NCBI GenBank assembly: GCA_965214835.1
Contig: CBDCCK010000002.1
Coordinates: 1,280,001-1,344,000, forward strand
DNA from: Nitrosopumilaceae archaeon
GTDB lineage: Archaea > Thermoproteota > Nitrososphaeria > Nitrososphaerales > Nitrosopumilaceae
DNA: 64,000 nucleotides
Direction: 5' to 3'
Part shown: positions 37,950 through 48,484 of the stretch, piece after piece
Layout: each line of letters starts with the position of its first letter
Position numbering within the stretch: position 1 is the first letter of the stretch
Translations under genes and position numbers: made by a program
The notes under the pieces: generated by a model
The model's database searches: none
What the model saw: the letters and a program-made list of their open reading frames with translations, nothing else
What the model was told of the DNA's origin: nothing

Positions 37950-39581
37950 CTAGGGGCAGACGACCACGTACCCGGGGTTTCTGACCAGCGCGTCCCTGAT
38001 CATGTCCGTAACGTTGCACCCCCGGAGGCGCCATGTCTCGATGCACGTCAATATGTTACCGAACATCTTCTGTCCGTCTTTTGTCCGCAGTCCGAACCGT
38101 ATCTTGCGCGCGATCACGCCGGGCCTCAGCGTGCGCTCTGCCAGGTTGTTGGTGGGATCCATCCCAGGACGCGTCGTAAACGTGTAGAGAAACTCCGAGG
38201 CGTTGTCAATCTTTGTGGCACAGCTGTCACATCCTTCCTTCCTGTATGTGGCGGCAATCTCGCGTGTTTCTGCCACCCGACTGTCGTGCTGCCTGGCAGC
38301 CTCCTCCGGCGGCCCCGGCCCCTTGGCGCAATGCATCTGCCACTTGAGGCGCTCGCCTGCGGCGCGAACCTCCGGGGAGTCCGTTTTCTCGCTTTGGGCA
38401 TCTGCCTCCCGGATTATGTGGGCCCAGCACCGCTGCCTGTTCCTGCCAAAGAACTTGTCGTATCCGGGGTATCCGTCAGTCACCCCGACTCTGGGCACGT
38501 ATGAAAAGTGCTCATCCAGTACGGATGCCCTCCTGCTGTCAGTTGCCACCATGTGCGCGCCGACGGCATTGCCGTCCTTGACGCCCACTGCCACCCACAT
38601 GTAGCCGCTCTTGCCGTCGTATGGCATCCCCGTCTCGTCCATGTGGACGTGGTCGCATCCTGCAATGTCTTTTTTGATGTCCTCCACGCACGGATCAAGC
38701 TTCTTTGTAACGGTCTTGAGGCAGTTCTGTATCATCGCCTTGCTTACATCAATTTTAAAGATCTCCTTTACGATGCGCCTGATCGTGCCGACGGATGCCG
38801 GCATGGTGTACAGGGTGCCGATATAGGAGGCAATGTTGGGTCCAAACTCGGTGCCCGGAACGACCAGCCCGCCCCCGTTTGTCGTGGTGGTGGCGCCGCA
38901 CTTGCGGCACTTGCGGCGGGTAAAGTAGTGCTGGGTCGTGACCGGCTCTGGGATCTCTGGAATGTCAGTAGCCATCCTAGTTCCGGCGGGAACCGGATCT
39001 GTCAGGTCGCGCCCGTTGCACGCGCCGCACATGTCAGGCACGTGGTTCATTTCCCGGGTCGGTGTTCTCCTGTGTGATATGCCCTCGTGTCCGGGCCTGC
39101 GGCCCGGCCTTGCCGGTGCCCTTCCAGATGCCCCTGCCGCGGCTGCTGCCTTTTTCTGCCTGGTCGGAATCGAGTTCTGCGAGGAGGGGCTGTGCGGGTT
39201 CTCATAATATGTGATGCGTTGTTTGAACTGCTTGATTTGTGCTGTCTGCGTCGCGATTTGCGCGGCAGAGACGGCATTGTCAGATTTGCGTCCCGCCTTC
39301 TCAGCGGCAAGCTCCTCCCGTGTCCTCTGATGTTCCTTCTGCTCCTTCTGAAGCTTGCCTTGCGTCCTCTGATGTTCCTTCTGCTCCTTCTGAAGCTTGC
39401 CTTGCGTCCTCTGATGTTCCTTCTGCTCCTTCTGAAGCTTGCCTTGCGTCCTCTGATGTTCCTTCTGCTCCTTCTGAAGCTTGCCTTGCGTCCTCTGATG
39501 TTCCTTCTGCTCCTTCTGAAGTTCCGCTTTTTCGCGGGCAAGCTCATTGCATAGTTCCTTGAATTCCGAGGCTGTAGGCAT
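37950..39581 (-). CDS. IS66 TnpC transposase with a repeat-expanded coiled coil
   Basis: Zn finger (CGAC...CRKC), HMDETG, TDGY, QRCWAH and TNNLAERTLR motifs. Confidence 0.92.
   Translation of the reverse strand: MPTASEFKELCNELAREKAELQKEQKEHQRTQGKLQKEQKEHQRTQGKLQKEQKEHQRTQGKLQKEQKEHQRTQGKLQKEQKEHQRTREELAAEKAGRKSDNAVSAAQIATQTAQIKQFKQRITYYENPHSPSSQNSIPTRQKKAAAAAGASGRAPARPGRRPGHEGISHRRTPTREMNHVPDMCGACNGRDLTDPVPAGTRMATDIPEIPEPVTTQHYFTRRKCRKCGATTTTNGGGLVVPGTEFGPNIASYIGTLYTMPASVGTIRRIVKEIFKIDVSKAMIQNCLKTVTKKLDPCVEDIKKDIAGCDHVHMDETGMPYDGKSGYMWVAVGVKDGNAVGAHMVATDSRRASVLDEHFSYVPRVGVTDGYPGYDKFFGRNRQRCWAHIIREADAQSEKTDSPEVRAAGERLKWQMHCAKGPGPPEEAARQHDSRVAETREIAATYRKEGCDSCATKIDNASEFLYTFTTRPGMDPTNNLAERTLRPGVIARKIRFGLRTKDGQKMFGNILTCIETWRLRGCNVTDMIRDALVRNPGYVVVCP
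39322..39521 (-). repeat. 42-bp tandem repeat, about 4.75 copies (LQKEQKEHQRTQGK)
   Basis: Directly visible in both DNA and protein. Confidence 0.95.
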
Positions 39582-39829
39582 GTATTTCCCGGGTAATGAT
39601 AGTTTATAGATCAGGTGGTCAGAAAAAATCAACTAGGCAGGGGCTAACCTATTACGATTTTTTGTCCAGTCGATCTATAAACAACGCCGTTCCAGTCTAC
39701 CCTGATGGGCAAGCAGGGCAGACCGAAACACCGGACAAGCTACGGCCAGAGCAAATTCAAGCTGCTGGTTGCCGCAATGGGTCTGCTGCAGATCAAGTTC
39801 TCCTCAAGGCACAACGCCATGTGGGGCTT

Positions 39830-40485
39830 GGCCGACGCCGCCCAAGACCTTCTTCAGCATGGGAGCAACCATGCATTCTGTTATTGAAAACCTTGCAAAA
39901 ATGCAAAAAGACGGAATCAAACCCACAGAAAAACTGGCTCTGGAAATATTGGAAAAACGATGGGATTCCTCCCCTTATAGAAGTCAAAGAACCAAGGAAG
40001 ATCAAGACAAGGAAACCTCCAAGGATATGATCAAGACGTATCTTGAATGGGAGGAAAATAATCCAAACACGCCAGTGGATGTCGAGCCTAAATTCAAAAT
40101 CAATCTAAATGACGTTACAATTTCGGGTAAAATCGACAGAGTAGAGAAAACGCCGGAGGGCGAATACGAGGTAATTGATTTTAAAACTGGAAGCGCCCGC
40201 AAAAGCAAGAACACAATCAAGGATGACATTCAAATGAATGTCTATGCCTTGGGAACTGAGAAACTATGTGGAAAGCTTCCAAAGAAAACATCCCTGTTTT
40301 ACATAAAGCACAACAAGGTTGTCCCCCACATCATTGAAAGGGAAAAACTGGATGGATTCAAGAAAAAACTTGGAATTACAATCGATGACATATTTGACGA
40401 GAAATTTCCTGCAAGTCCAAACACTTTCAAATGTTCAAGATGTGATTATGCACCAATTTGCGATGAAAAAGATGCCGGAAATTAA
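39830..40485 (+). pseudogene. PD-(D/E)xK nuclease (AddB/Cas4-like, PDDEXK_1), probably 5'-truncated
   Basis: G..MH..IE, GKIDRV...IDFKTG, QM..Y and C..C.Y...C motifs; no good start. Confidence 0.75.
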
Positions 40486-41318
40486 GAATTCTCGGCAACA
40501 ATTCTATTGGCCGTTCCCTCTACCATGTCATCTAACATTATTCTTAGCGTGCTGCCCTTTTTGTAATTTGGCTCGTATGGGCCTACTGTTGATCTTCTTT
40601 CTTTTGCAAGCTTGAAGCCCTTTGCAACATTATTTTTTGTCAATATTCCAATTCCAACACCATTGAAATGTGTCACTGCAGAAAAACAGGGGACATCACC
40701 CGTACTGTCACCCAAGTAAATCACATTCTCAAATGGAATTCTTCTAGAGTCCTTCTTCACCCTGTCATTAACTAAGAATGGGTTTGAACGTAGCTGTTTG
40801 TCTGTAATCCCTTTGTTTATGGCATAAAGAAATTTGGTTTTCTCTGTGAACGAGACAATTGATTTTACGCCATTAATTTTCTTTGTTGATTTGTCAGTGG
40901 AAAATTTGCTTCCAAAAACACCTTTGAATTCTTGTGCAAACTTTGTACCTCGAATTAAATCCTCGATCCCTGATGAGATGATATATGCCTCTAATTTGAT
41001 ATTAAAATTTGCATATTGTTTCTTTTTTAATTTTGACTGTAACTGAGAAATGAAGCATGGCACTCCGTCATATGGTTTAATCTTCTTGCCCAATTTTACC
41101 AATTCCTGACAGGTATCGTGTTTGATTGCTCCCTCATTCATTAATTCCACAATTCTTGTCATCCAGGCCAATGGGGGATCCCATCCATCTTTGATGAGCT
41201 TGTCAATTTCTTTCCAGAAAATCTTGGTTTTGATACCATTTGCCTCTAAAAGAAAATTTGTTGTATCCGGCGCCAAAGTCTCATCACAATCACAAATTAT
41301 TGCAATGGTGTTCTGCAT
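40482..41318 (-). CDS. HAD-superfamily hydrolase
   Basis: DCDETL motif I, ISSG motif II, K motif III, GDSTGD motif IV; low GC. Confidence 0.85.
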   Translation of the reverse strand: MQNTIAIICDCDETLAPDTTNFLLEANGIKTKIFWKEIDKLIKDGWDPPLAWMTRIVELMNEGAIKHDTCQELVKLGKKIKPYDGVPCFISQLQSKLKKKQYANFNIKLEAYIISSGIEDLIRGTKFAQEFKGVFGSKFSTDKSTKKINGVKSIVSFTEKTKFLYAINKGITDKQLRSNPFLVNDRVKKDSRRIPFENVIYLGDSTGDVPCFSAVTHFNGVGIGILTKNNVAKGFKLAKERRSTVGPYEPNYKKGSTLRIMLDDMVEGTANRIVAENS

Positions 41319-41517
41319 ATATTCACACTTGGTAGTTTGGATAAAAACAATGTGTTTCCAAATTAGAAAAAAAGACTAATTTTGACTAATAGACCTTTAT
41401 GCGCATTTGCCAAAGATGACGTAAAAGCTGCCTGATTTTTTGATCTGTACCGATTACGCATGAAGTCTACTGATTAATGAATAGTTAATTTACTGCTAGT
41501 CGTAAACCGATACAGGC

Positions 41518-42693
41518 ATGGTGTTTAAAAAAGACATTTCCGATCTGACATTTTCAGACATCGAGTCGCTGCAGACCGACAAAATAGCAGAAAGCCACAT
41601 GCTTGACTACAAGCAGGAACTCATTGATGACAAAGATCTGCTAAGGCACGTTGCGGCTTTTGCAAACACGGGGGGAGGGTACATTGTATTTGGAGTAAAA
41701 GAGTCCGGCATGGGAGGCCATCCCGAGTCAATCCCGGGCATTGATGCGTCTGCGATCAACAAGGAAAGAATGGAGCAGATCATACTTGGAAATATCCTGC
41801 CGCGGATACACGTAAGAATGAACACGATAGAGCATAGAGAGGGCGGAAAGCAGGTATTGGTTATGCAAATACCTGACAGCCAATACAAGCCACACTACAG
41901 CAGCAAAACTAACAAGTTTTACAAGAGGTTTGAGTTTGAGGCGGCCTGCATGACGGAGCAGGAGGTATCTGACGCATACAAGAGCCGGTTTCACGCAACG
42001 GAGGAAGTCGAGGGATATCTGGACAGCATAGAAGACATCCTTGGTGACGAGACGAACATACTTGGCGAGATTATCGTAATCCCGTCTTCAATTGACAGGA
42101 GGATGATCGATACGGATGATTACGAGAGATTCGAATGGCTCCGCCCCCGGACCGTCAATCCGGAACCCTCTGGTTGGAACTATGCGGCATCGCATAGTTT
42201 TGTGCCCGGATTACCCGAACCGTTATCTGATGGCATAGAATGTCGTCGCGAAACAGATGGGACTGGGCTTAAACTACACAGGAATGGCTGCATACATTAT
42301 TCCGTGGATTGTGGACAAGAATACGCCGATGAGATTTGGCTGCATGATCGCTTGCTTGCTGTCAGAATACTGCACACACTGAAATTTGCAGTATTGACGT
42401 TATTAAGATACAACTACTTTGGCGATGTAAGGATAAGGGTCAGGCTGAGATCCCGCCATAAACATGTCGAGATTTGGCGTAACTCTGAACCTTCCCCTGG
42501 CGCGTTGGGAAAATTCAAGCAAGATAGAGGCATCCAGGTCGACCGGGAGCTTTCCACGGGGTATCTGGAGTCAAACCCCTGCAGGATCACCGCGTCAATC
42601 ATGAATGAGGTTTTCAACAGCTTTGGCATATGGCGATGTCCGCTATTTGATGAGAACGGAGACATCAAGATGGATGAGTTTTTGATCATATGA
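41518..42693 (+). CDS. Schlafen/AlbA_2 domain protein
   Basis: ES..LDYK, VAAFANTGGG.IVFGV.E, PH and FYKR motifs, plus an uncharacterised C-terminal domain. Confidence 0.85.
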   Translation: MVFKKDISDLTFSDIESLQTDKIAESHMLDYKQELIDDKDLLRHVAAFANTGGGYIVFGVKESGMGGHPESIPGIDASAINKERMEQIILGNILPRIHVRMNTIEHREGGKQVLVMQIPDSQYKPHYSSKTNKFYKRFEFEAACMTEQEVSDAYKSRFHATEEVEGYLDSIEDILGDETNILGEIIVIPSSIDRRMIDTDDYERFEWLRPRTVNPEPSGWNYAASHSFVPGLPEPLSDGIECRRETDGTGLKLHRNGCIHYSVDCGQEYADEIWLHDRLLAVRILHTLKFAVLTLLRYNYFGDVRIRVRLRSRHKHVEIWRNSEPSPGALGKFKQDRGIQVDRELSTGYLESNPCRITASIMNEVFNSFGIWRCPLFDENGDIKMDEFLII

Positions 42694-42695
42694 TG

Positions 42696-42787
42696 GTACG
42701 AGGTCACCTACCCCCATCAGTCAGGCACGAATTAGATGCATGGTTGTGATTTTCGTGCCTAGCTAACAAGGGGACGTGACCACATAC
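42696..42787. mobile_element. MITE family D copy (92 bp)
   Basis: TIR GTACGAGGTCAC / GTGACCACATAC; 8-bp TSD ATATGATG. Confidence 0.9.
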
Positions 42788-42847
42788 ATATGATGTATAC
42801 CACAGTGGATATCATTGCCGGGGGGCCTGACTCCTAGTGGAAACGGA

Positions 42848-43600
42848 ATGGCATCCAAGCTTGTAGATGACAGTGCCCAGTATGCCGATCTGATAATGAG
42901 CGTCGGCGTGCAGGGAAACCCAGTCAAGGGAGACCGGCCCCTGACCCCGATCGAGGTCGCACGGCAGATTGAAAGAATGATCAAGGAGAACAACGAGCCC
43001 CTGCACGAGACGGCGCGGCGGCTCGGCTTGGGCAGGGGCAAGACCGGCGATGCCTACCGGAGGGAGGATACTACACAACTCAGGTGCTTTCTGAACCTCC
43101 TGAGGCTTTCCCCGCGCAGCAGCATGGCACTGGGATTTGGCAGGTCGGATCCGGGACGAATCGCCTTTTCCACTGCAGCAGAGATAGCAAAGCTGGAAAG
43201 CCACCACGAGCAGGACATGGTAATCCAGTCCTCCATGGATCACGGCATAACAAAGGAGGAGGCACAGAAGATAGTCCGGCTGAGAAGGGAGCACAGGGAC
43301 ATCCCCATAGGGGAGTGCATAGAGCGGATCCTCAAGATCAGGCCGGTAAAAACGGTGGTCAACGTGGCATGCTGCACGCTGGATCAGGGGCTCTACGATC
43401 CCGTGGCCTCCGATACGGACGGGATTGCAAAGGGGCTGTCAGGCCTGCTCGGCGGAAAGATCCACGGGATAAGGGTCAGGGGCCGGATAATCATGATACG
43501 CATGGACGACGATTCGTTTGCAGCACTGAACCGCGAGACGAAGAGGCATCAGGTGACGCTCTCCCAATACGTGAACTCTCTCATAGCGAAGCTGGCATAA
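42848..43600 (+). CDS. ParB/Spo0J-like HTH protein lacking the N-terminal ParBc domain
   Basis: LTPIEVA...ETARRLGL...LNLLRL...IAFSTAAEIAKL pattern. Confidence 0.6.
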   Translation: MASKLVDDSAQYADLIMSVGVQGNPVKGDRPLTPIEVARQIERMIKENNEPLHETARRLGLGRGKTGDAYRREDTTQLRCFLNLLRLSPRSSMALGFGRSDPGRIAFSTAAEIAKLESHHEQDMVIQSSMDHGITKEEAQKIVRLRREHRDIPIGECIERILKIRPVKTVVNVACCTLDQGLYDPVASDTDGIAKGLSGLLGGKIHGIRVRGRIIMIRMDDDSFAALNRETKRHQVTLSQYVNSLIAKLA

Positions 43601-43620
43601 GACGAGTGGCCGGTGCAGGT

Positions 43621-44240
43621 ATGTCAGCATGCCAAACAGGCGCAACCGTGACTGTCTTATCCTGCTTGACTGCAGTCCATCACGCAAAGGATGTGCGAGA
43701 CGATCATCGAAAAGACAGGTGATTCCAAATCCGTAGTTGTAAGGTCAAGTCGCGGCACCCTGCAGGAGATAATCTGGGAGATGGAGTCGCGGCACAGAAG
43801 GGTACACGACGATGTAGTGTTTGTGGCAGACAAAGGGGGAGATCGACGTCCTTGCCGCCATATACGATACAGGCGCAGAAGGCGGCATCCGCAGGATATT
43901 CAGGCGCAACTCTGTCGAGGCGTATGAGGTGATGTCCGGGGACGCGACATGCGTCATGTTTGCGTCCAGCCTGCAATATGACGCCAATGCAGACGGCTGG
44001 TTTGCCGTATATGTTGGTAGGTGCAGGTTCAGCCATGAGACGCCGGGGATAATCGACACGGGCAACGGCATACGGTGCAGCCTGTCGGCGCATGCAAGCT
44101 ATCCAGACATAATCCGGTTCATACGCGACGTGGATCCGTAGCTTGTCCTTGTGGACTCGTCAGGGAGCAGGTGTGCCGCAACCCTGGCCGAGCGGATACG
44201 GGAGGAACTAGGGATAAACGGAGGCGTCCTGAGGCTGTAC
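43621..44240 (+). pseudogene. Degraded MBL/beta-CASP nuclease C-terminal part
   Basis: SAHASYPDIIRFIRDVDP*LVLVDSS...LAERIREELGI, resembling the RMMBL motif; frameshifts and a stop. Confidence 0.45.
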
Positions 44241-44653
44241 TATATACGAGACGGCATACCCAAATACCAGTGCTGGAGAAAGAGAAGATGACCACGCGTA
44301 ATTCCTCCAACCAAAAGACGTTCAAGAACACGTTTGCGCCCCACATAAGAAATGAGACGCTGGATGTTCAGGCCATAGTGGCAGGGCTGCGGACAACACT
44401 CATCCACTCCGAGGATCTGCCCGAAGAGGTACAGGATGCAGTAGAGGCCGAGCTAGAAAGGCTTGCAAAGACCAAGCAGAGCAGGGTATGATCCACAGTC
44501 TACAGATGTAGATGTTCATGGCAACCGCCGGTAACGGCCTTGGTTCTGCCGGTGTGCCGTCTCACAATGCAGCCGCGTTTCAAATTTTTCGATGAGAATA
44601 CCATGCGGTACAGCATAAAGCCGGTTTCGTTCCCACATTGTGTGGTGGCTACG

Positions 44654-45119
44654 ATGATTATAATGGCAGGCATCCCGGGCTCGGGCAAGACCACGCTTGC
44701 AAAGGCGCAATACCCCGGATTCGAGAGGGTCTCCCTTGATGACATATGGCTACTGCCCGCAGGGGAGAGGCGCAGGCTACTGGAGGCATCGCGCTCCCAT
44801 GCCGACATTGTGCCCGACACGAGCAGAGGGCGGCGCATGGAGCATGTCCTGATAGGGCATGTACTGGAGAAAGGCAGGGACATCGTGGTCAACGACACCA
44901 ACACGACGGCGGAGATACGCTCAGCCCACATAGCACACGCCTAAGTACGGCTACGACATACACGACGTCTCCTTTTACAACTTTGATGCTGCCGTAGACA
45001 GGAACCGACAGCGGAGTGGAAGGGAGCGCGTTCCCGATGCGGCAGTCGCGGCCAAGCGCAGCGAGTTTGAGCCGCCCAAAATCGAGGAGGGTTTTGAGTC
45101 TGTCCGCGTCATATTCTAG
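44654..45119 (+). pseudogene. AAA_33 / polynucleotide-kinase-like P-loop protein, frameshifted near 44940
   Basis: GIPGSGKTT, SLDDI and VVNDTN motifs; another frame continues RNRQR...RVPDAAV...FEPP..EEGF. Confidence 0.75.
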
Positions 45120-45263
45120 ATGAAAAAACGCCGCATCTCCCAGAATCCGTCCCAGGCGGCACAAGCCCGCCGGCAGACCCGCACAATCTCAATCCCCGCA
45201 AAACTCGATATACGGGCTCAAAATTAAGATTTAACGCTTGAAGAGCGCCTGCATTTTAATCGC

Positions 45264-45640
45264 ATGCCTCCTGGCTTGAGGGGGAGGGAGCACCGCAGGC
45301 TCTTCCGTACATACGAGAAAAAATTTGACAGGTACGACCTTTACCTCAGGGTGCCGGTATACAACGTGGGCAAGGTCTACGTTATAATGGACGCCTCCCC
45401 GGTACACACGGCTGGGGTGATCCGTGATTACATCAGAGAAGAGGATCGCCTGAGGGTCACGCATGTACCGACTGCAACGCTGGGGGTCAGCGCCATGGAA
45501 AATTACTGGAACAAGTTAAAGAGGGATGTGTTGGTCTCCGAGTATTATTCTGCGTTTGAGGATGTGAGGCGTGCGCTGCCAGAATATCTGAGGACGTCTC
45601 GTACTCAGCTTGACGTCAGAAGATTCATCGGTGGGGGTTT
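45264..45640 (+). pseudogene. IS630 transposase C-terminal remnant
   Basis: MDASPVH...ENYWNKLKR. Confidence 0.65.
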
Positions 45641-45813
45641 GATACTGTTCAAGAGCTTGCATGATCTGCAGTATGTCTGCCGGGGGAGTGGGAGTGCTAC
45701 CACGTACGAGCTGGCAGTCAAAGCAATCAAGCAAACACATCAAATGAAGGCGAGCAGTCTGAAAGTCCAAACATGGGAGGCATTCATCCCCTGAGGGTGG
45801 CAGAAACCTCCGG

Positions 45814-46356
45814 TCAACCATTCTTTTGTTCTGCCATGGCTGCCAGCTTTCTCAGTTCATCGTCATCCCACCTTGACAAACTCTCCAGCTCCTGCTTTGT
45901 AATGCCGTAGCCTATATCCATCGCAGCCTTTAGCGCTGATTTTCTTACCTCCGCATCGTCGTCTGCAAAGCAGTCACGGATTTCTTTCTCGGCCCCTGCC
46001 GCCTTTAGATGTCCCAGCGCGCCCAGCGCGCAGGATCTTACCGCAGCACTCTGATCCTTGGTCAGTCTCCTTAGCGGCTCAGCTGCACCTGCAGACTTTC
46101 TGTTTCCCAAGATTAACGACGTAAAGGCCCGTACGTTCTTCTCATCATCATTTAGCGAGTCAATCAGCACCCTGGAAATGTCGTTTTTGTTCAGTACAAG
46201 CGCGCTGAATGCCTCCCCCCTGACCTCGATATCCGGATCATTTAGCAGGGAGATTGTTTTTTTGATCACCGGTATTTCCGCTGTCTGGGACACTGACTCT
46301 AAAATGTCGATTTTTTCCTGTTTTGGGACCTCGTGGATTTCTTCAATACTGCGCAT
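45814..46356 (-). CDS. HEAT-repeat protein
   Basis: Repeated L.D.D..VR..A..AL units. Confidence 0.88.
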   Translation of the reverse strand: MRSIEEIHEVPKQEKIDILESVSQTAEIPVIKKTISLLNDPDIEVRGEAFSALVLNKNDISRVLIDSLNDDEKNVRAFTSLILGNRKSAGAAEPLRRLTKDQSAAVRSCALGALGHLKAAGAEKEIRDCFADDDAEVRKSALKAAMDIGYGITKQELESLSRWDDDELRKLAAMAEQKNG

Positions 46357-46399
46357 TCCTTATGGCCTTATGGGGCCCGCTATTTTTCATAAAACTTTC

Positions 46400-46492
46400 G
46401 TATGAGGTCACGTCCCCTTGCTAGCTAGGCACGAAAATCATAATTGTACCTGCCAATTCATGCCTGATTGATAGGGGTAGGTGACCTCGTAC
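46400..46492. mobile_element. MITE family D copy (93 bp, reverse orientation)
   Basis: TIR GTATGAGGTCAC / GTGACCTCGTAC; 8-bp TSD AAACTTTC. Confidence 0.92.
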
Positions 46493-46550
46493 AAACTTTC
46501 CTTTTGCGCAAAAAACCCATTTTAACTTTAAATTATCCTCAAACGCTAGT

Positions 46551-46844
46551 ATGCCTATGTCAAACGAAGCAAGAGACACCATATTCATAGGCAAAAAGCC
46601 GTTGATGGCATATGTCACATCGACATTGATTCAACTGGCAAACCTGCCTGCCGTGAACATCAAGGCTAGGGGTCTCAGCATTGGCCGTGCTGTAGACGTA
46701 GCTCAGATCATCTCACGAAAGACGGAAAATGCCGGATACTCTATTGGCAACATCAGCATCGGTTCTGAAACCCTAGAGTCCAAGGACGGCAAGTCAAGAA
46801 ACGTTTCCACAATCGAAATTGAAGTGAAGAGAAACGCAGTGTAA
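46551..46844 (+). CDS. albA: DNA/RNA-binding protein Alba
   Basis: IGKKP.M.YV, KARG..I.RAVDVA and VSTIEI motifs. Confidence 0.94.
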   Translation: MPMSNEARDTIFIGKKPLMAYVTSTLIQLANLPAVNIKARGLSIGRAVDVAQIISRKTENAGYSIGNISIGSETLESKDGKSRNVSTIEIEVKRNAV

Positions 46845-46865
46845 TTGCGTACACTTGAATTTTTT

Positions 46866-47729
46866 TTATCTTTTTGACCCTCCGTACCTGTCCTCTAATT
46901 CCCTGAACTTGCCCAATCCGACGATGTCATTGAACTGATCAAAGCTCACAACCCGCCTGCCTGCCTTTGCCGTCGTGCCGGTTTTTTTCAGCTCGGCTAG
47001 AATCTCCACCGTCGCGTATGTGTTTGCGTACAGTACCGACAGCGGATACAGCACAACATTGAATCCCATCCTGTAAAGCTTTTCTGCGGGACTAATCGGG
47101 GTTGCCCCTCCCTCTATCATGTTGGCAACAAGCGGCGCGCTAATCGACCTTCCGATTTTTTTCATTTCGTCCACGCTTCTGGGGGCCTCGACAAAGATCG
47201 CATCTGCCCCGGTTTTTTTATTCTGCAGCCCCCTCTCAATGGCAGCATCAAGCCCCTCAGTCGCCCTGGCATCGGTTCTTGCGACAATGACAAAGTCCTT
47301 TCCCTCCCTTGCATCTAGCGCGGCCCCGAGCTTTTCGGTGTACTCCTCCTGTGACGTGACCTCCTTTCCCTGCATGTGGCCACAGCGCTTTGGCCACCTC
47401 TGATCCTCTAAGAACATTCCAGATGCACCTGCAGCCTCCAGCTCCTTTACCAGCCTCCACACGCTTAGCGCATTGCCGTAACCTGTATCTGCGTCTACGA
47501 TTACCGGGACAGAGGAGGCCCTGCATATCCGTCTTGCATTCTCGATTGTTTCTGCCGCTCCTATGAACCCATAGTCGGGCATGCCAAGCAGCGCAGCTGA
47601 CGTCCCGTATCCCGTCTGAAACATGGCAGAAAACCCGATCCTGTCTGCAATCTTTGCACTCATTGCGTCAAAGACCCCCGGAATCACAAGCGGCTTTTTC
47701 TGCCTGAGCATCAAGCGAAGCGACTTCAC
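46866..47729 (-). CDS. Methylisocitrate lyase / PEP mutase family
   Basis: DADTGYG, EDQ..PKRCGH, ARTDA and ANMIEGG motifs. Confidence 0.9.
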   Translation of the reverse strand: MKSLRLMLRQKKPLVIPGVFDAMSAKIADRIGFSAMFQTGYGTSAALLGMPDYGFIGAAETIENARRICRASSVPVIVDADTGYGNALSVWRLVKELEAAGASGMFLEDQRWPKRCGHMQGKEVTSQEEYTEKLGAALDAREGKDFVIVARTDARATEGLDAAIERGLQNKKTGADAIFVEAPRSVDEMKKIGRSISAPLVANMIEGGATPISPAEKLYRMGFNVVLYPLSVLYANTYATVEILAELKKTGTTAKAGRRVVSFDQFNDIVGLGKFRELEDRYGGSKR

Positions 47730-47974
47730 ACTGTCTGGTACGGATTGAGTTATTTATCGCTTTAAAACCAGCCTTGCCCCCTGCCCTGCAAGCACCACCT
47801 AAAATCCGACATAGGCCGTAGTCGTCTTTGCGTGCCAAATCCCTGGACGCCCCGCCGGAAGACCCATAGCTCATTGACAGGAACAGCCTCCATGTTGTGT
47901 GATGTGTGTTGGGCGAGCCGAGCACCTTGCACTGCTTGATGACAAACTTCCAGCCGTGCATTCCTGCCCGGAAA

Positions 47975-48484
47975 TCAGTCTATTTTGATCTCCCTGCCCT
48001 TCCTCTTTGTAGCCTTTTCCTCTAGCTTGCCAAGCTCGGTCTTTAGGAATTTCCTGTACTTTCTGGTTTCCTCCTCGGTCATGTTTGCAACATTGGAGCT
48101 TAGCATTGATCCCATGGTGGAGATCTTCTCTAGCAGATCCATTGCAACAAACCTTCCTACGTTGCCTATTCTGAACAGAACGTCGGTATGCTTTTTGACA
48201 ATGTCGTTGATTTTATCCACATCCTCTGCAGTGGCCCTCCCCTTCCTGGTCAGCTGGCACTTTCCCTCCTTTGTCTCCTCGATCAGTCCCTCGTCTAGCA
48301 GGCGGCCTAGCAGCGGATAAATCAGGCCGGGAGATGGCTTCCAGATTCCACTGCTTTGCTCTACCGCATGGTCTATGATCTCTTTTCCTGTATGCGGCTT
48401 TTCTTTTAACAGCTCTAGGATAAAATACCTAGAGAATCCCCTTGGCACCGAAGAGCCTACCCTTTGAAACCAGTCTCCAACCAT
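47975..48484 (-). CDS. PadR-family transcriptional regulator
   Basis: IL.LL...P..G...WKPSPGLIYP.L..L. Confidence 0.88.
   Translation of the reverse strand: MVGDWFQRVGSSVPRGFSRYFILELLKEKPHTGKEIIDHAVEQSSGIWKPSPGLIYPLLGRLLDEGLIEETKEGKCQLTRKGRATAEDVDKINDIVKKHTDVLFRIGNVGRFVAMDLLEKISTMGSMLSSNVANMTEEETRKYRKFLKTELGKLEEKATKRKGREIKID

Larger units (their letters stand above)
37858..39655 (-). mobile_element. IS66-family element (single-ORF, ISBst12-like), intact
   Basis: Perfect 23-bp TIR GTAATAGGTTAGCCCCTGCCTAG; 8-bp TSD GATTTTTT. Confidence 0.93.

Noticed and set aside
39830-40485. Cas4 as evidence of a CRISPR-Cas locus
   Set aside because: No cas1/cas2 or array; better explained as a truncated AddB-like PD-(D/E)xK domain.
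45805-45820. CTCCGGTC as attR of the tRNA-Ala island
   Set aside because: Too short and imperfect, and overlaps the HEAT gene stop.
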